Program-made: the position numbers and the translations under genes | Assembly: GCA_051362555.1 (NCBI GenBank) | Contig: CM120647.1 | Span: forward strand, 14,608,651-14,672,650 | Origin: Lingula anatina | Taxonomy: Eukaryota > Animalia > Brachiopoda | DNA: 64,000 bases | Direction of reading: 5' to 3' | In this document: positions 1-11,740 of the stretch, piece after piece | Layout of the letters: every line of letters starts with the position of its first letter | Position numbering within the stretch: the first letter of the stretch is position 1 | The notes under the pieces: model-generated | Database searches by the model: none | The model's input: only the letters and a program-made list of their open reading frames with translations | What the model was told of the DNA's origin: nothing

Positions 1-959
1 ATTAAAGCTAAACAAAAACCTGTATATATTCGCTTTGAACGAAGCTTTCAGTTAAATAGAAAGGTCTGTTAGTTAATTGCCTCGTAACGCCAAATGGATG
101 ACAAATGCCACGTACATGTAGCAATTATTAACCACAGGTATCTGATATATAGTGCATACGCACATGGTGAACCAAATTATATAGTCAATCATACCACCAG
201 TTTGTTATGGGTTTGATTTAGCTAATCAGTGGAGTATTGATACTATATGCTTACAACCAAGGAGTAGCAATACTCTTATATCTTCACTGCAGTCATTTCT
301 AGATATATAAGCATATACCTATAGATAGATAGATAGACAGACAGACAGTATATGGACATTGGGTGAGATATGCGGAGTACAAATAGAAGAATATAGAAGA
401 ATAGAATAGAAGAATGGGTAGGTACAGATACCCTACAGCTTACAATGAACGGGTTTCTATTCACGGAGAAGCTAGGAAATATGGCAATCAATAGCTGAAT
501 CCACGCAGCAAAGACACATATGAGGGTCCAAAGAGGGGGGGGGTAGTGATTACAGTTCAAGGGAAATAAAATAGTCAATTCACAAATCGCAGTAAATAAT
601 ATATATATATTTTATATATATTTCACAGTTGATGTGTGTCGAAATTCCTTAAAATTACGAATCCCAGAGTATCATGACTTCGTTTCACAAAGGGCGGGAA
701 AAAACTGCATTCACAAGTCACGGGGGTGGGGTACCTCACAAAGCACGCTAAATAAAATGACCGTTTCATGCATCTCGGAAAAGAAAAGGTGTCTTTCACG
801 GGTAACGAAAATACCCAATGGGACCCTCACATGTCGCATGCCGAATTTCATCTGTGACAGCAGCTGTAGACGACCTTTTTATATACGACGTTGAAGACAA
901 CTAATTTAGATTGCGTTGCTGAGCTGTGCTTCTTTTTTATCTCTGCTAAAGAGGTTGTG

Positions 960-1140
960 CCTTTGCCTTTGTTGGTTTGTACGTCCAACGAAAAAATCAA
1001 TACAAATTATCAGGGTGCATTAGAAATGGTCTAGCCTAGAGGTGATCAGTTTTTGACGGTGATCCATAAATTATTAAATTGATCATGAGAATTAAGGTGC
1101 CTTGGCGGAGGTATGCGATCAATGTGTGCTTTTCTGGTTT
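960..1140 (+). mobile_element. 3' part of a non-autonomous Helitron/Helentron-like element (degenerate)
   Basis: Ends in CCTTGGCGGAGGTATGCG...TGCTTTTCTGGTT, resembling the CCTTGGCGGAGGT...CTAGTT 3' end of HINE-type elements in aquatic animals. The 5' boundary is approximate. Confidence 0.45.
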
Positions 1141-1283
1141 TATTTTTAAATATTGCGTTTTGCTCAAGATTATATTTCATTCAACTTTTCAGTTCCGATT
1201 GTATTGGAAATTGTTCGAATGATTAAAGGTTAGCCTTGTGCTATTTAAAAACAAAGGGAGTAATTAAATGGTGAATGACTCAC

Positions 1284-1317
<34 letters not shown>

Positions 1318-2144
1318 TATTGTTATAATGACTGAAATAAAATAAAATATTTCACAGAGCAAATATAAATATTGCAAAAAGGTCACAGCTGTGTGAGAAA
1401 ATAGAGAAGTTCAAGGATGACCAATGATAGAACCTCCGCGATAATTTTCAACCGAAACTAAAGAAAATGATATAGCACGGGCATTTAGCCCAAAGGTGAA
1501 AAAGAGAATATGCCCAAGTATTGTAAAATTATTACGTACCGCATATGATAATTTCTGTGAAATCACAATGCCGTTTTATTTTCTCCGAAATAGACGTACG
1601 TGGCCTTCTCCGACGACGACCAGTTGGCAGAATGACGGCAATTATCGGATCAGAATGATTGCTAAGAGATTTCCAAATCTTGTTATATACATCTTACGTC
1701 GCTATCTGAGATATAAATATCTTAACGGGTATCCGCTTTCTGATCAGAAAACACCCAGTATTCTCTCAGTCTCGTTAGCATCAGCAGAATTAACCTGGAG
1801 ACATTTTTGTCTATAAAACAAGACTCCTTCTGTCGTAGCCCAAAGCTTGTCGTGTCTCTCCTTAACCTTTCTATCTCCGAGAATAGCTATTGATTTTTGT
1901 CTTTGCCAATCCCCTTCTAAGCTTAATATAGCGCAAACCGTTTTTCTACGCGCAATTATAGCAGCAACCTGAGGTTATTATTAGTCGGCTAACTACTCCC
2001 AGGGGTGAACTGCGATCTCAGGTGATTTATAGGGAAAATATTAGAGTAATTGGCATACATCTGTAGCAAGGTTGCAATGGAGAGAAAATAATAGAAGAGT
2101 GGGGGGTAGGGAGAATCGTCACACGTGGCCTATCGGACATATAA

Positions 2145-2315
2145 CAGGGGCGGATCCAGAAATATTTTCTGACAGTCTTCCGGATTATCTTTGTCGATCG
2201 ATCTGCCAGTTTTGACCGTCTTCCGACAGAAAAAAAAATTAAATACCCGTCAATGTTAACTGGAAAATCTGATCGTCTTCCGGAAGACTCAGAAGACGGC
2301 CTAAATCCGTCCCTG
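2145..2315. mobile_element. MITE with CAGGGGCGGAT termini and 5-bp TSD
   Basis: TIRs CAGGGGCGGATCCAG / CTAAATCCGTCCCTG, with TATAA directly on both sides (2140-2144, 2316-2320). Confidence 0.7.
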
Positions 2316-2381
2316 TATAAAGCATGCAAGGCTCATGCGTTGTTAGTTATAACTGTTATGATACCTGTACGGACCAGTTAA

Positions 2382-2480
2382 CCCAGCCAACATACAGCGT
2401 TATTATAACGTTACCATAACGTTACTTGGCAATATGAATGTTATGGTAATTGGTTATTACAACGTTATATGTTTGCTGGG
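2382..2480. mobile_element. Short MITE with CCCAGC termini (CACTA/CMC-like, 2-bp TSD)
   Basis: CCCAGCCAACATA...TATGTTTGCTGGG inverted ends, internal TAACGTTA repeats, AA on both flanks. Confidence 0.55.
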
Positions 2481-2506
2481 AAATTCCTTTGAATGTATCT
2501 ATGGTC

Positions 2507-2510
<4 letters not shown>

Positions 2511-2560
<50 letters not shown>
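2511..2560. repeat. (GA)n microsatellite
   Basis: Direct reading. Similar GA/CT/CA tracts occur near 5550, 11705, 15705, 37550, 44430-44510, 59475 and 60705. Confidence 0.95.
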
Positions 2561-2563
<3 letters not shown>

Positions 2564-3670
2564 AGGTAATTAATTAAGATACGAGTCATTGGTCACAATC
2601 ATCTGACATCAACGTACGAGGAAGTGACAAAAACTGTTGGAATCCCGCTCCTTAGTACCTTAATTAGTAAACGAAATAATGTTGCAAAGACACTAGTCAA
2701 ATCCAAGAGGACATCTCACGCTTCTCGGTATAGAATTAACATAAACCGCAAACTTGTGGCATAGTACTGTTTCCACTGTAACCACTATTTCCATAGTAAC
2801 GTTGATAGTAATGAGGCATTTTGGTGAATAATGCTTAAATGCATAATTCGATCAATAAAAATGATAGCTAGATTGATAGATTGATTAATGGATGGATGAA
2901 TAGATAGAAAGATTTATAGATAGATGTGCATGTGTGTATGTGTTTGCGCTCGTGTGTTTGTGCGTGCTACGTGTGTGTGCGTGCGTGCGTGTATGTGTGG
3001 GTGCGTGCGTGTATGTGTGCTCCCTAGACCCGCCTTTGTTATGATATACATGAGTATATATGCAACGCATACGGGCCTACCTAGTGCATGCATATATGTA
3101 CGTGTATATAGGCCCTATGACAAGAAGCATTACAATTCACACATCTAGGTATTCATACTACAAGGTATATATGGCCTACATGATTCTCACAGTTGAATTA
3201 CTGTTCACGTGGATAACGTTAATAACTACTTGAACGATCACTTGTCATCCCAACATTTTAAGTGATCAAGATGACGAAAAAAATCTTGCGGCGCTACTTG
3301 TGCATCAGGTGATCATATACGTGTAGGCAGTGTACAGGTACCTGTACATTTGTAGGTCTTTCATCAATCAATCAATTTTTGACAGGGTTTTCATGCAATT
3401 ATACTTTTTGTTGCTGTTGTTGTCACCTGTCCAATTAAATCATTCTCATCTGTCTCGATGATGATCGTGCTAAATGTAGCTAGCACGTGTTATCTCGAAT
3501 TTTCTCCATATTGGTGGCTTTTTTTTTTTTTGTATTTTCGACAATTAACAGTGAAATTTTAACGTTGTTTTTTAAAATGATGATTACTTTGTATACTTAA
3601 ATTTGTTTGTCAATAAAATGTTAATATCGGTATAATATTTTTGTAATTGCATGGAAGCTAACGTCTTTTA

Positions 3671-3909
3671 GGCTTCGTTCACATGGAAAGTCTATTTTCT
3701 AAAAATCTATTTTCTATTCGCGGTATATCTTGTGATCACGGTCTGTGCCCTGAATATCCCGCGGCGTAATTACTGGCAGCGCGAGCCAGTTACTTACACA
3801 AAGCCAGTAATTACGCCGCGGGATATTCAGGGCACAGACCGTGATCACAAGATATACCGCGAATAGAAAATAGTTTTTTAGAAAATAGACTTTCCTTGTG
3901 AACGAAGCC
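3671..3909. mobile_element. PIF/Harbinger-type palindromic MITE
   Basis: ~105-bp near-perfect inverted arms starting GGCTTCGTTCAC around a ~25-bp spacer. TTA on both flanks (3668-3670, 3910-3912) matches the TWA TSD of PIF/Harbinger. Confidence 0.85.
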
Positions 3910-5171
3910 TTAGTCTTTATTTGTTTCAGTGTATAGGTACTTTGTAGACTAAATAATATTGTTTCGGTGTATAGATCAGTTAAATTTCACACCTATGGAG
4001 TTCAAAATTAATTTTATGGCCTTTGTTTTAGACTTGTTAACCCTTTAAATTTCGATAAAGTGAATTAAGCCCTTGTGTATCCATCTTCTTGGGGCGGGCC
4101 TGGGTTGAACTGTGTGCAAGTAACCAATCATATGCAGTTTCTGATGGAAACGTGGTTGATTGACATTTTGATTCATATAATTGTGTATAAAAATCTTACA
4201 GAAAAGTGGAGATCTTGATTAATCGACCGGATCGGAGACTTGACAACGTTTGCATGATGCAACCACTAATTTAGTACAGTAAAATATCATTTTGTTGAAG
4301 TTACAACGTGTAGTCGTTAAATTCTTTTCCATGTGCAGGGTTTGAGCCCGAGGCCTACGTACCGGTAGGCCTGCTAGCTATGTGATCAGTATAGCCGACC
4401 TGTACTTAAAACTCGGTAAATTTTGGGAATCTCTGTAGAAGTTTTAATGATTGGGTCACCCACTGACGATATCCTGTAGTGCGCGCGACCTCTGGGGTTA
4501 AATTACAAGGTAAATTAGGGGCCTATACAATATTGTTGGGGTTCTGGTAAAAGAAAAATTATTTGATAAAAAAATTAATTTGTTTAAAATATATGGAGAA
4601 TGTTAGGCTTATACCGTGTAAAACTTTCAAATACGGAAATGGAAATCCCGTTCGTCTCGCAAAGTCTCTGTTACAAAACAAACAGAAATAGTTGATTTAT
4701 GGAAAACGGAATGTATTAGCCTACCGGCCTTTTAACATTATGGAATATTGTGCCAGCACTGATTTAGAACAAGGTAATAATGGGAATCTGATGATAGGTC
4801 TTAGATAGGTCTTCATAGTTGTAAATAAAATAATACGAATATCAGTGACCAGATTTGGTGTGTTTGACCTTGCGAAAAGTGAATTAATCGATAATGCATT
4901 GCTCTCGTCTTTCCCAACCAGTAAGTCACTTGATGTATAATCGGTGTTATCTTGCCATCCATGCACACGACCCTGATGTATACAGCCTTATTTTTGCTGC
5001 TCTGTGGTGATTGAATTTGAAATTTGGACGTGTGGAATCATGTTTAAGCAACCCAAAAATTATGCACTTTAATACAGCAAAATAATGTGTCACCATAGCC
5101 ATTGTTTGCCGTGAAAGAATATGACGAGACGAGACTACAAATAGGTCATCGAACATGCGCATTGCTTAAAG

Positions 5172-5181
5172 TGGCGCGAAA
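5172..5181 (-). promoter_or_regulatory. E2F consensus site in the RFC1 promoter/5' region
   Basis: TGGCGCGAAA is TTTCGCGCCA on the minus strand, ~75 bp upstream of the RFC1 ATG. A second E2F-like TTTTCCGC lies at ~5209-5216. Confidence 0.65.
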
Positions 5182-5254
5182 TGAAACATGATGCGAACTG
5201 AAATGGTCTTTTCCGCTTAATCGCCACGATTTGCAGCAGGTGACATATTCAAGC

Positions 5255-5550
5255 ATGGTAGGTATGGGCATTAAGTATGAGCATCGTACTGGTTATTGAG
5301 ACCATAAAACTTTACTCTGTGAGATGAGGCACAGGCCTTTCTTCACAGCCGATGCTTGCTAGCTAAAATTATTTGTATTAGTGTTAGTTCGTCGGTCATA
5401 ATTTGGATAACTTTTGCTTGTTTGTGAGCTTTAAACAAATTCTTCATCCTAGATGTCAGACCTGTGTTGTGTATAGATAGACTTTGTTGAACTCACACTT
5501 TTAATTGGATTAATATTCTATATATAGCTACATGTACCTCCCTCATTCTC

Positions 5551-5604
<54 letters not shown>

Positions 5605-8330
5605 CACCCACCCCTTTGTCTACTGGCATTGTGATCCATTACTGAATGATTTCGGAACTGGATTTTGAATAACAGAGTTTAAAGCAGATGTTTCAGGAAG
5701 GTAATTTAACCTTGTCACCCTTAGTTTTGTTTAATAATATGACACTTGCCCCCCCCCCCCCCCCCCCCCCCGCCCCCTTGCATCCCCTATACTTTAACTT
5801 TGGTATCCAACTTTGTTGGGGAAAGAAACCAATTGTAAGATTTATCTAAAAAAGAACCAAAACAATTAATTTTTTCGATGCATGAGTTTTTCATTTTACC
5901 CGTTACAGGATATCAGGAACTTTTTTGGACCTGCAGCTGGGAAATTTAAACCAAAAGAAAAGAAGGATGAAAGAAAACCAGAGAAGCCCAAAGTAGATGG
6001 CAAAGAACCAGTAAAACATTCAGACAAATCAGTGAACAGAAAACCTGGATCAAAAGAAAAGAAAACCAGTGGTAACAAATCTGTTAAGCCAGATGTCAAT
6101 GATAACACTAAAGATTACAAAAGCCCTAAAAAGTTAAAGCAGCACTCAGATGAAAAGACTTCTTCTAAAAAGTCTGAGAGTGAAAAAACACCAGTAGTAG
6201 AAAATGGTAGAAGTTCAGAAAATGGGAAAAAGAAAGAAAAGAAGACTGGCAGCAAGGAAAGTAGTGGCAAGAAGAACAAGAAAGGAAAAGATGAGGAAGA
6301 TGAAGACAGTGTTATGATTGTTGATGACAGTGACTTAAGTGATAGAGAGAAAGAAAAAGAAAAGAAAAAAGAAAAGAAGTCTGGATCCAAAAGGAAAAAG
6401 GTTTGGAAATGGATACATGTGTATCATTCAAAACATGCAAAAGTTTTGTGTAGATTTAAAATAAACTCAAACCTCTATAAGCACAATATCTTCTTTGATC
6501 ATATTTTGCATACATCTTTGGAGAAAGATGAATTATCTTTTACTATTATTACTAATCTTCAGATATCAAGTAACAGTGAGGAGGAGGAGGAAATTATAGT
6601 AAAAAAGAGCAAGAAAAGCCGGGAATCGAAGGCAAAGAAAACCCATGTGATTGAATCAGGTAAGAATTGTTCAGGCTATTTTTTTTATGGTAGATGGTCC
6701 ATATTTTTTTTCATTTCAGAATCAGTTAAGTTTTAAAGAGGACAAAAATACGCCATGCACCATTTGGTAAGCAAAATTCTTTTGTCAGAAAATAGATTTC
6801 TTAATAGATACAAATATATATATATATATTTTGTCATTTTTATCTAAGGTAGTAGAAAGGGTTATAGCAGTTAGACTATTTAAGCATTTAGAAGCAAACA
6901 ATCTTGTTGAGGAAATGCAGTCAGCCTACAAATTCAATCATAGCACAGAATCTGCACTTTTGAGAATTAAAAATGATTTGTTAAGTGGTGTTGACAAACA
7001 TTCTGCTATGTTATTGGTACTGTTAGATTTGTCTGCTGCGTTTGACACAGTAGACCATAATATTTTATTGACATTTCTAGAGCAGAGTGTAGGGGTTAGA
7101 GATAAGGCCTTAGATCTTTTACGATCCTATCTTGTTGGGAGAATGCATCAAGTTAATATAAATGGTGTGCTTTCTGAACTCTCACAGCTTTTATTTGGTG
7201 TTCCTCAGGGGAGCGTGCTTGGCCCGCTTAAGTTTTGTGTTTACACCTTACCCCTTGGAGCAATTCTGCGTTATCATAAGATAGGTTACCACTTTTATGC
7301 CGATGATACCCAGTTGTACACATCTTGTAACATCCATGATCCAGCATTGTCTGTGAACACAATTGTTGATTGCATATCAGACCTCAGAGGTTGGCTCATT
7401 TCAAACAAATTGAAGATAAATGATGGAAAAACAGAATTTTTTAGTCATTACTCAACCCCACAACAAGGGCCTTGCTCATAACTTGCAACTTAAAATTGGA
7501 GCTAGTATGGCATTTTCCTCCCCCCATGTAAAAAATTTTGGAGTATACTTTGATTCTACACTTTCAATGGACAATCAGATCTCCAACATCACAAGGTCTT
7601 GTTTATTCAACATTCGGAATATTGGTACCATAAGGAAACATCTGAATCAATCTGCTGCTGCTACTGTTATACACTCATTGGTAACTTCCAGGCTAGACTA
7701 TTGCAATTCTATATTATATGGATGTCCAGATGATAAGATCAAAAGATTACAACGCATCCAGAATATATCAGCACGGCTTTTAATGCTACAGCCTAGGGAT
7801 TGCCATATCACTCCAATTTTAAAGCATCTGCACTGGTTGCCAGTTAGGGCCAGAATTTTATTTAAGGTTTTAGTTTTTACACATGCTGCTTTTTATAATC
7901 TAGCTCCACCATATATAACTGATTTAGTCAAACATTATAGCCCTCAAAGATCCCTGAGGTCTGGTGACAAACTTTTACTGAAAGTTCCAAAATCAAGGTT
8001 AAAATCATATGGTGACATATCATTTTGTGTAGCTGCACCAGTAGAGTGGAATAAGTTGCCAATTTTTATTAGACAAATAGAATCACAAGAATCTTTTAAA
8101 AAGGAATTAAAAACTCATATTTTTAAGACATTTTATTCATGAATCTTAAATTTTATAATTTTAAAGAAACCTTGGATTTTTTACTTTTAATTACTGTTTA
8201 TTACAATTAAGTTAGTTTAGCTCTTATTTATATAAAATATATCTTAACCATTTTTATCTATAAACTTCTTTGTATTTTATGTTGGACAGTCTATTGAACA
8301 TTTTATGGATTTTAGACTTGAAATAAATAA

Positions 8331-8413
<83 letters not shown>

Positions 8414-11400
8414 GCACAATCTTATATCACTTTAAACATTAACACTTCTGCTTTGTAGAATCTGATGAAGATATTGCAGTTAAACCTAAATATGAAGGCA
8501 GAGGACGTAAAAAGCACAAGAAACAACCTGTGACACTTGACTCAGATTCAGGTGGGTATGAAGACTAACCTACCATTCCCGGCCTCAGCCTCATGATGGT
8601 AAAGGTGGTTTATTGGTTGGTTTTCAGATCAAACTTTTTCACAGAGAGGCTCTCTTTTAGCACACACTTTTGTTAAATGCTAACCTTTGGTTCTATGCCA
8701 GTTGGTAGTAAAGTGGGTAGTAGGTTAGTGGAATTTCCTCAATTCCAGACATGGGGGGTGGGGGTGGGGGGGTGGGGACTTTGGAGGTACTGAAGGTCAG
8801 TGGAAACTGCACTCCAAGTACATGTAATCTGCAGGTCCTCCCAATTCTGTGCTGGTTCAAACTAAATATTTTATTTCTTTTAGCCTATGTTTTCATGTGA
8901 TTTTTTATTATTATGTATTATATTTCCACATAATCCTTGCCAGTCCAGAGGATCTGTGATATCAAAAATCCACTGGCATTTCAAGCAGTCAGTTTCATCA
9001 TGTCTGTAATTCCTCCAGTCACAGGCCCCAATTTTTGCTTTGGGCTAGTAGATTTTAAGATTTTCAGAATTCTGTATAATTGATTAGTGGGGTTAAAAGG
9101 GTAAAAAAATTGATTAGAATTAAATTTCCTCATTTAATAATTGTGTTTGATTTTATTTTTAAGATGATCAGAGTAGAGACAGGAGTCCTGATGTTGATCC
9201 CATCAAGGCCGCCTTTCAACGACAGGCCCAGAAAGCTCCGACACCAAAGAAAACTACTCCAGCTAAATCAACAGAGGAGAAGAAAAAACAAATCAGTGTT
9301 TCAGATTTCTTTGGAGGGGGCAGTGTCAAGAAATCTGAGAGGAAAACGGCTGCGTTGAAGAGAAAAGCTGTGAGTGTGATCATGAGGAAGATAATTTGCC
9401 TGTCTCATCGTTGCTCTTGATTTGGCTTTAGTATCCTTTAGATGTTTTTTTTTACAATATTATTTTAGGAATCACTTGCTAAATTCAGGAAAAAAGTGAT
9501 TTGTTGCTTTTCTCACAACAGCATTTTGTTAACAAGTAATACCTAGAAATATTTTTTTAATTACCAGCAATTAGCACCAGAAAGCAAGTTGGGATTGTGT
9601 CAAAATGTGTGGTTTTCTTAGTGTTTTACAGTTATGGAAAATGTTTTATATAAGGAGTTTTAAGTTTGTCATTCATTACTGTATATGTGATTTCAGCCTG
9701 ATGGGGACACCCCCAGTATGGACAAGGAAGAGCACGATGACGTAGACTTCCAAAGGACACTTGAATTACTAGATGAACAACAGGCTAAGAAGGTGATTAA
9801 GACTTCCTTCATTTTTTATTCAGTGCATTAAGTACGTCTTGTTGCTTTCTCTCTTATATATATGTATTACCTACATGGTACTGTTATTTTTATCATACAT
9901 ATTTTTTTGCCACATAGACAAAGATAGAAAGCACAAAGGTCACGCCAAGCAAATCTAGTCAGTCAAGAAGACATGACAGCACGCCATCTAAATCAATAAC
10001 AGTGGCAGAAACACCTGTCAGAGAGTCTCCTCGGAGAAGTTCCAGAACTACAACACCCCAGAAAGAAGAATCTAGGTCAAGTTCAAGGACACCTCGCAAA
10101 GAAGAATCCAGGTCAAGTTCAAAGACGCCTCAGAAACAAACATTGACATCAGATCAAACACCCCAGAAAAGTAGGTCGTCTTCTAAAGGGAGATCTCGTA
10201 GTGAGGTCAGCGTTGTTGAAGAGACACCAGAGAGGTCATCACCAAGGACACGTTCAAGGTCAAGGTCATGTACTCCAGCTAAATCGGATACATCTAGTGA
10301 GCAAAGTGTTCGACAGTCACCTAGAAGGAAAGAAAATGAAAGTAAAACTGGTAAGTTGACCACAGCTTTTCTTTCATATGAACCTAGCCAAAAAGAAAAA
10401 CTACAGTGACCTTTCATAGAGAACTTGGATAAATTTTTAATTGGGTCAACATGCTCTACTTTTAAAGAGGATGGTTATATCATTACTGTGTATTAAAATA
10501 GGACATCATTTAGTATACAGTACTTCATATTCTAGTATGTAATGGTTATTTATCTGAACATGTTGTTTTTAGAAAGTTCGTCCTTGGCCAAGAAACTAGC
10601 TGCCAAAGCTAGGTCAAGGGAACTCATGAACACCAAAGAAGAAGAAGAAAAGGAATTAAAGAAATCAACACCTCAGAAGAAAACCCCATCAAAAGCCAAA
10701 ACCCCAGTGAAAGCTACTCCAGAAAAAACTGAGGTAAGTAAAGTCATGTTGATGTCAAATTTAACACAGGTGTTTGGGGACAATTAAGATTAATAGACAA
10801 GATTGTGAAATTAGTTTAAAAACTGTACTACCAACTTTGTCATTATATGGATGTCTGTATTTCAGTTTGTGCGATTAACCAAAAATAAAGTATGTATATC
10901 TTTTTCAATTTTTTATCACTTTAGTGATTCTAGATGTAAGTTTTAAGATAAGTGAGAAACTAGATCCTGTCAGCTTTTTAGTCAAGTTTGTTAAATCATA
11001 TTATATTTACTTTAGTGTTTGTACATTTCTATATATGATAAGTATATAGTCTGTGTATGTCATTATGATAAATATTTGCATATGATAAATGGAGAAACTC
11101 ATTCATTTTAGCTTTTTGATCACATCTCCTTAAAACAAAATCACATTTTGTATATGATAAATGGAAAAACAGTCCAGTCAGCTTTTTGGTTACATCTCTT
11201 TAAACCCAAGTCGTCATTCTTCCAGTCCAGTCCCGGTACTCCTGCCACACTGGAGAGAAAGGGCAGCAGTTATAAAAGTTACCTGACCAGAGCCGGCCCC
11301 AGCAGTTTGGGAGCCAAGGAAGTACCTGAGGTGTGTATTTAGAGGGATAGACCCTGGGGAAGGGCATGGGGTCCTTCCCGTGCCTTTTGTTCATTAATGT

Positions 11401-11701
11401 AATATTTGATAACTGATTCCATTAATTTTGGTAATTCTTTTATATGTTAGATGTGAAAATGATTGCATCATTTTATTTGTCTATTTTGCCCAGTCAGATG
11501 TTTATTAACTGATTATTTAATTAGATTATTTAATTATGTGTTGATTTGTTTTTTCATTAATTATTTCAAAAATATCAGTTAATTAATTAATTAAATTATT
11601 TATTAGTTTATACAATTTATTAGCTTATACAATCAAGAAGATGTCTCAATTTTTCCATTTTCATGGAGGCTTGTAGTCTGGGTGTCTTATTCAGGTTTCA
11701 G

Positions 11702-11740
<39 letters not shown>

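Noticed and set aside
2885-3148. ORFs over (GT/GC)n tracts, and similar ones at 15530, 44320, 52364 and 59350
   Set aside because: Microsatellite-derived low-complexity translations.
4085-4200. GC box, CCAAT and TATA-like cluster suggesting another promoter
   Set aside because: No downstream exon or ORF could be linked to it.
5882-6736. 284-aa ORF as a standalone gene
   Set aside because: It is RFC1 exons 2-3 plus an in-frame intron. The antisense ORFs at 5896-6390 are shadows of the Lys/Glu-rich coding strand.
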